A stretch of 64,000 bases of DNA from Polyangiales bacterium (GTDB taxonomy: Bacteria > Myxococcota_A > Polyangia > Polyangiales > Ga0077539). The stretch lies in contig JBGARZ010000002.1 in the NCBI GenBank assembly GCA_044229975.1, positions 64,001 through 128,000 of the forward strand, given 5' to 3'. The translations under genes were made by a program, and so were the position numbers. The stretch's first letter is position 1, and every line of letters starts with the position of its first letter. The notes beneath the pieces are model-generated. The model saw nothing but the letters and a program-made list of their open reading frames with translations, was not told the origin of the DNA and searched no databases. Shown one piece after another: positions 61,246 to 64,000 of the stretch.

Positions 61246-62233
61246 TCAGCGGTTGGCGGTCACCCAGGCGAGCGCACGGCGCACCTCCGGGACGAACGCA
61301 GGCGGTAGCTGGTGACCCGCGGCGGGGAGGATGCGCATCTGGACCCGACCGAGATGCTCGCGGCGCATGAGCGCGTCGGCGCGTCGGGTGCGCTCGACGA
61401 TGCCGTCACCTGCCCCTGTAAGAAGGTAGACCCGGCGCAGCGCGCGACGGGCCGCGGGGTAGAGCTCGGTGTTCATCCCGACGTAGCCGTCGTGAGCGGC
61501 GAAGATCACCCAGCGGGGAAACGCGACGGGCTCCATCAGGCCGGTCTGCATCGCCACGAAGGCGCCCTCGCTGAAGCCCATGATCACGTTGTCGTTGCGT
61601 CGCACGCGCCGTGGGAAGCGCCGGAAGAGCGCCTCGACCGCGGCCATCGTGTAGGTGTGGGCCAGGGTGGCGTTGTTGTTCCAGACGCGGTGGCCGTCAC
61701 CGCGAACGCCGGGGCCCTGCGGGCAGATGAGCCAGCCGCGCGGTGTCACGACAGGCGCGAAGCGGGCGCAGTTCTCATGCGGGTCGGCTCCGCGCGCGTG
61801 CAGATAGACGAACACCCGCGCCCCTCCCGCCCACCCTCGGTCGGAAGAACCACGCGTCTGGGATGCCTGAGAGCTCTAGCTGTTCGGGCGCGTTGGGGTC
61901 ACGCCGTCGGCGCGCTCGCTGGGCTGCCACCACGCGCTCGTGCTCGGCGCGGTCATCGCCTCGTCCGAACATCCGCGCGCGCACCGGGCGCGTCACGCCC
62001 GTCACGGCGTTGGGGCGTGTGGGCAGCGCCTCGTCGGGAGGGTGCACCGCCGCGGCGGGAGGCGTCGTGGGGCCGTCGTCAGGAATCTCGGTGAGGTCGC
62101 CGATGCCGAGTGGTCCGGGGTCGGCCCCGGCATCGGGAGCGGGCTGCGCGCCGACGGGCGGAGCCCACGCCATCGCCGCGATCAGCAGGGCTGCGACGGC
62201 GGGCGTCGAGTGGAGGGTTCGTTGCGCGGCCAT
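61246..62233 (-). pseudogene. Exported alpha/beta hydrolase interrupted by a +1 frameshift near 61821-61824
   Basis: Signal peptide in the 62233 frame. VYLHARG, GFSEGA and AGH lie in the next frame. Removing one G from AGGGG joins them (..GGRARVFVYLH..). Confidence 0.7.
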
Positions 62234-62277
62234 CGGAGGGGCGACTGCGTTAGCCCTCGCAGCGGCCGAGGGTCAAG

Positions 62278-64000
62278 TCAGGGCGACGGTGGGGTCTCGG
62301 GTTCGCGCTGGATCGAGGGTGCCGCGCGGCTCCGCAGCGAACGCACGTAGTCGACCACCATCGTGAGCTCGCGCTCGTTGAGGCGATCGTGGAAGCGAGG
62401 CATGTGGTTGCGCGTGCCGTAGTTCTCGGGGGCGCCGGGGTTGAGCATCTGCGCGCGGATGTACGCGCGCGATCCCCACGCATCGAGGTTGGGCGCGTCG
62501 CGGTCGGCCACCTCGGAGCCGGAGGTGTCGCCCTCTCCCTGGTGGCAGGTCGTGCAGCGTCGCCGATAGAGCGTCTCGCCCGCGGCGACGAGCGCCGGGT
62601 CGTAGGGCGCGTCACCGGGTTCGTACCCGCGCGAGTACAGCCACTCGGACACGGAGCGGAGACCCTCCTCGCGCAGGCGTCGCTCCTGGCCGGGCATGTC
62701 GTGGATCTCGGTGGTTCCCATGAGCTCGGGGTGGTCGGGCCACACCATGAAGGCGGTGGCCCAGGCGCGCGATCCGAAGCCATCGAGGCGCGGGCCCTTG
62801 CGCTGCTCACTCACCCCGCGCACCGCGTGGCAGGTGCCGCACTGCTCGGCGAAGAGCTCGCGCGGGCGCACGGCGGGGTCGTTGCGAAGCATCTCCAGCG
62901 GGCCCTCTGATGGAATGCCCGCGCGGGCCAGCGACCTCGCACGCCGTGCCGTGGCGGCGGCCTCACGCTGCGAACGCACGAACGCGGGTGCGTGGATGTC
63001 GCGACGTAGCTGGAGGCCCAGGACGACGGCGCCCACACCGGCCAGGAGAAGCGGCGCTAGTGCGAGGGCGCGACGCGCCCGGCTGGGGCCGCGGTCGATC
63101 CAGGGGAGGAGCGCGAGGAAGGTCACCAGCGCGCCTGGGATGACCATGGTGCCGATGATCTGGCGCGATCCCGGGAAGGATTTGAGGAGCTGCGAGAGTG
63201 GCATGAAGAACCACTCGGGCACCGCCGGGTAGTGGCTCGAACCGTCGGCCGGCGCGTCGAGCGGCGCGCCCCAGCGCAGCGCCATCCAGGCCACGACCCC
63301 GACGACGACGAGCGAGGCGACGCCATCGCGCGCCGCCTGCGTGGGCCACCAGCGGGCCTCCGGGTCGCCGCGCGTCGCGTCGCCGACCAGACCGTGTCGC
63401 TTCACCATCGCGACGTGCGCCCACACGCCGAGCAGCAGCGCCAACGGAACCAGCCACACGTGCAGCGTGTAGAAGCGCGTGAGCGTGAGCTGCCCGTAGT
63501 GCGCGCCGCCCACCAGCACGCGCTGGAGCATCGGCCCGACGAGGGGCGTGCTGCCGATGATGCTCGTCTCGATGCGCGACTCCCAGTAGCCGCGCTGGTC
63601 CCACGGGAGGGGGAAGCCGGTCATGCAGGCGAAGAGCACGAGGCCCGCGAGCGCGAGGCCGAGGAGGTGGTTGAGCTCCCGCGGACGACGCGTGGCGCGC
63701 TCGATCACCACCTGCGCGAGATGGAGGAGCAACACCACGACGATGGCGTTGGCCCCGAAGTGGTGCAGCCCCCGCACGAGTCGCCCCCACGGGAGCACCG
63801 TCTCCAGGTACCAGGTGCTCGACCACGCGGTGCTCGTCCCCGGCGAGTACACGGTCATCATTGCGACGCCAGTGACCGCTTCGAGCAGCAGCAGCGCCGC
63901 GAGCACGGCGCCAAACACGCGGCGCCAGCGAGGACCGCCCGGCATCGCGACGTCCACCGCGCGACCGATCGCGCTCGGCAGCCCGGTGCGCTCTTCGAGA
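62278..64000 (-). CDS. Cytochrome b (b/b6 + subunit IV) fused to two c-type heme domains; 5' end beyond the window
   Basis: RGLH..LLLH and RFYTLH..AH heme b ligands, LPWDQ.GYW, PEWFF, CGTCH and CTTCH. Frame stays open to the window edge (LEERTGL..). Confidence 0.92.
   Translation of the reverse strand, partial: LEERTGLPSAIGRAVDVAMPGGPRWRRVFGAVLAALLLLEAVTGVAMMTVYSPGTSTAWSSTWYLETVLPWGRLVRGLHHFGANAIVVVLLLHLAQVVIERATRRPRELNHLLGLALAGLVLFACMTGFPLPWDQRGYWESRIETSIIGSTPLVGPMLQRVLVGGAHYGQLTLTRFYTLHVWLVPLALLLGVWAHVAMVKRHGLVGDATRGDPEARWWPTQAARDGVASLVVVGVVAWMALRWGAPLDAPADGSSHYPAVPEWFFMPLSQLLKSFPGSRQIIGTMVIPGALVTFLALLPWIDRGPSRARRALALAPLLLAGVGAVVLGLQLRRDIHAPAFVRSQREAAATARRARSLARAGIPSEGPLEMLRNDPAVRPRELFAEQCGTCHAVRGVSEQRKGPRLDGFGSRAWATAFMVWPDHPELMGTTEIHDMPGQERRLREEGLRSVSEWLYSRGYEPGDAPYDPALVAAGETLYRRRCTTCHQGEGDTSGSEVADRDAPNLDAWGSRAYIRAQMLNPGAPENYGTRNHMPRFHDRLNERELTMVVDYVRSLRSRAAPSIQREPETPPSP

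Overview
High-GC chromosomal window from what looks like a myxobacterium (AgmK-like giant TPR protein, AgmX/PglI-type lipoproteins, Myxococcus-type LexA boxes). Housekeeping blocks: hemB/cobA-hemD, yfgM-bamB, ddl, nnr-acpS-pdxJ, tig-clpP-clpX-lon-tRNA-Val, and a cytochrome b/diheme-c fusion. A probable chromosomal dif site lies at 7448-7475, and genes on both sides mostly point towards it. About 300 bp away is a palindrome made of two copies of the same XerD-type arm. The SOS mutagenesis cassette is split (imuA-imuB about 14 kb from dnaE2), and each half has its own LexA box. The best candidate for a new system is a DUF692 (MNIO) + DUF2063 pair converging on a secreted, probably lipid-anchored protein with a TDTPV repeat stalk and a C-terminal H-x-C-x3-N-[ST]-C-x-G double motif, a plausible cell-surface MNIO-modified metal-binding RiPP/protein. 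Also present: a stand-alone tandem BrxD/DUF2791-like ATPase, a toxin-antitoxin pair flanked by a 32-bp direct repeat of the upstream gene end, a collapsed manC/nagB/oxidoreductase relic next to tRNA-Val, and a frameshifted hydrolase. All calls come from reading motifs by eye; no database searches were run.
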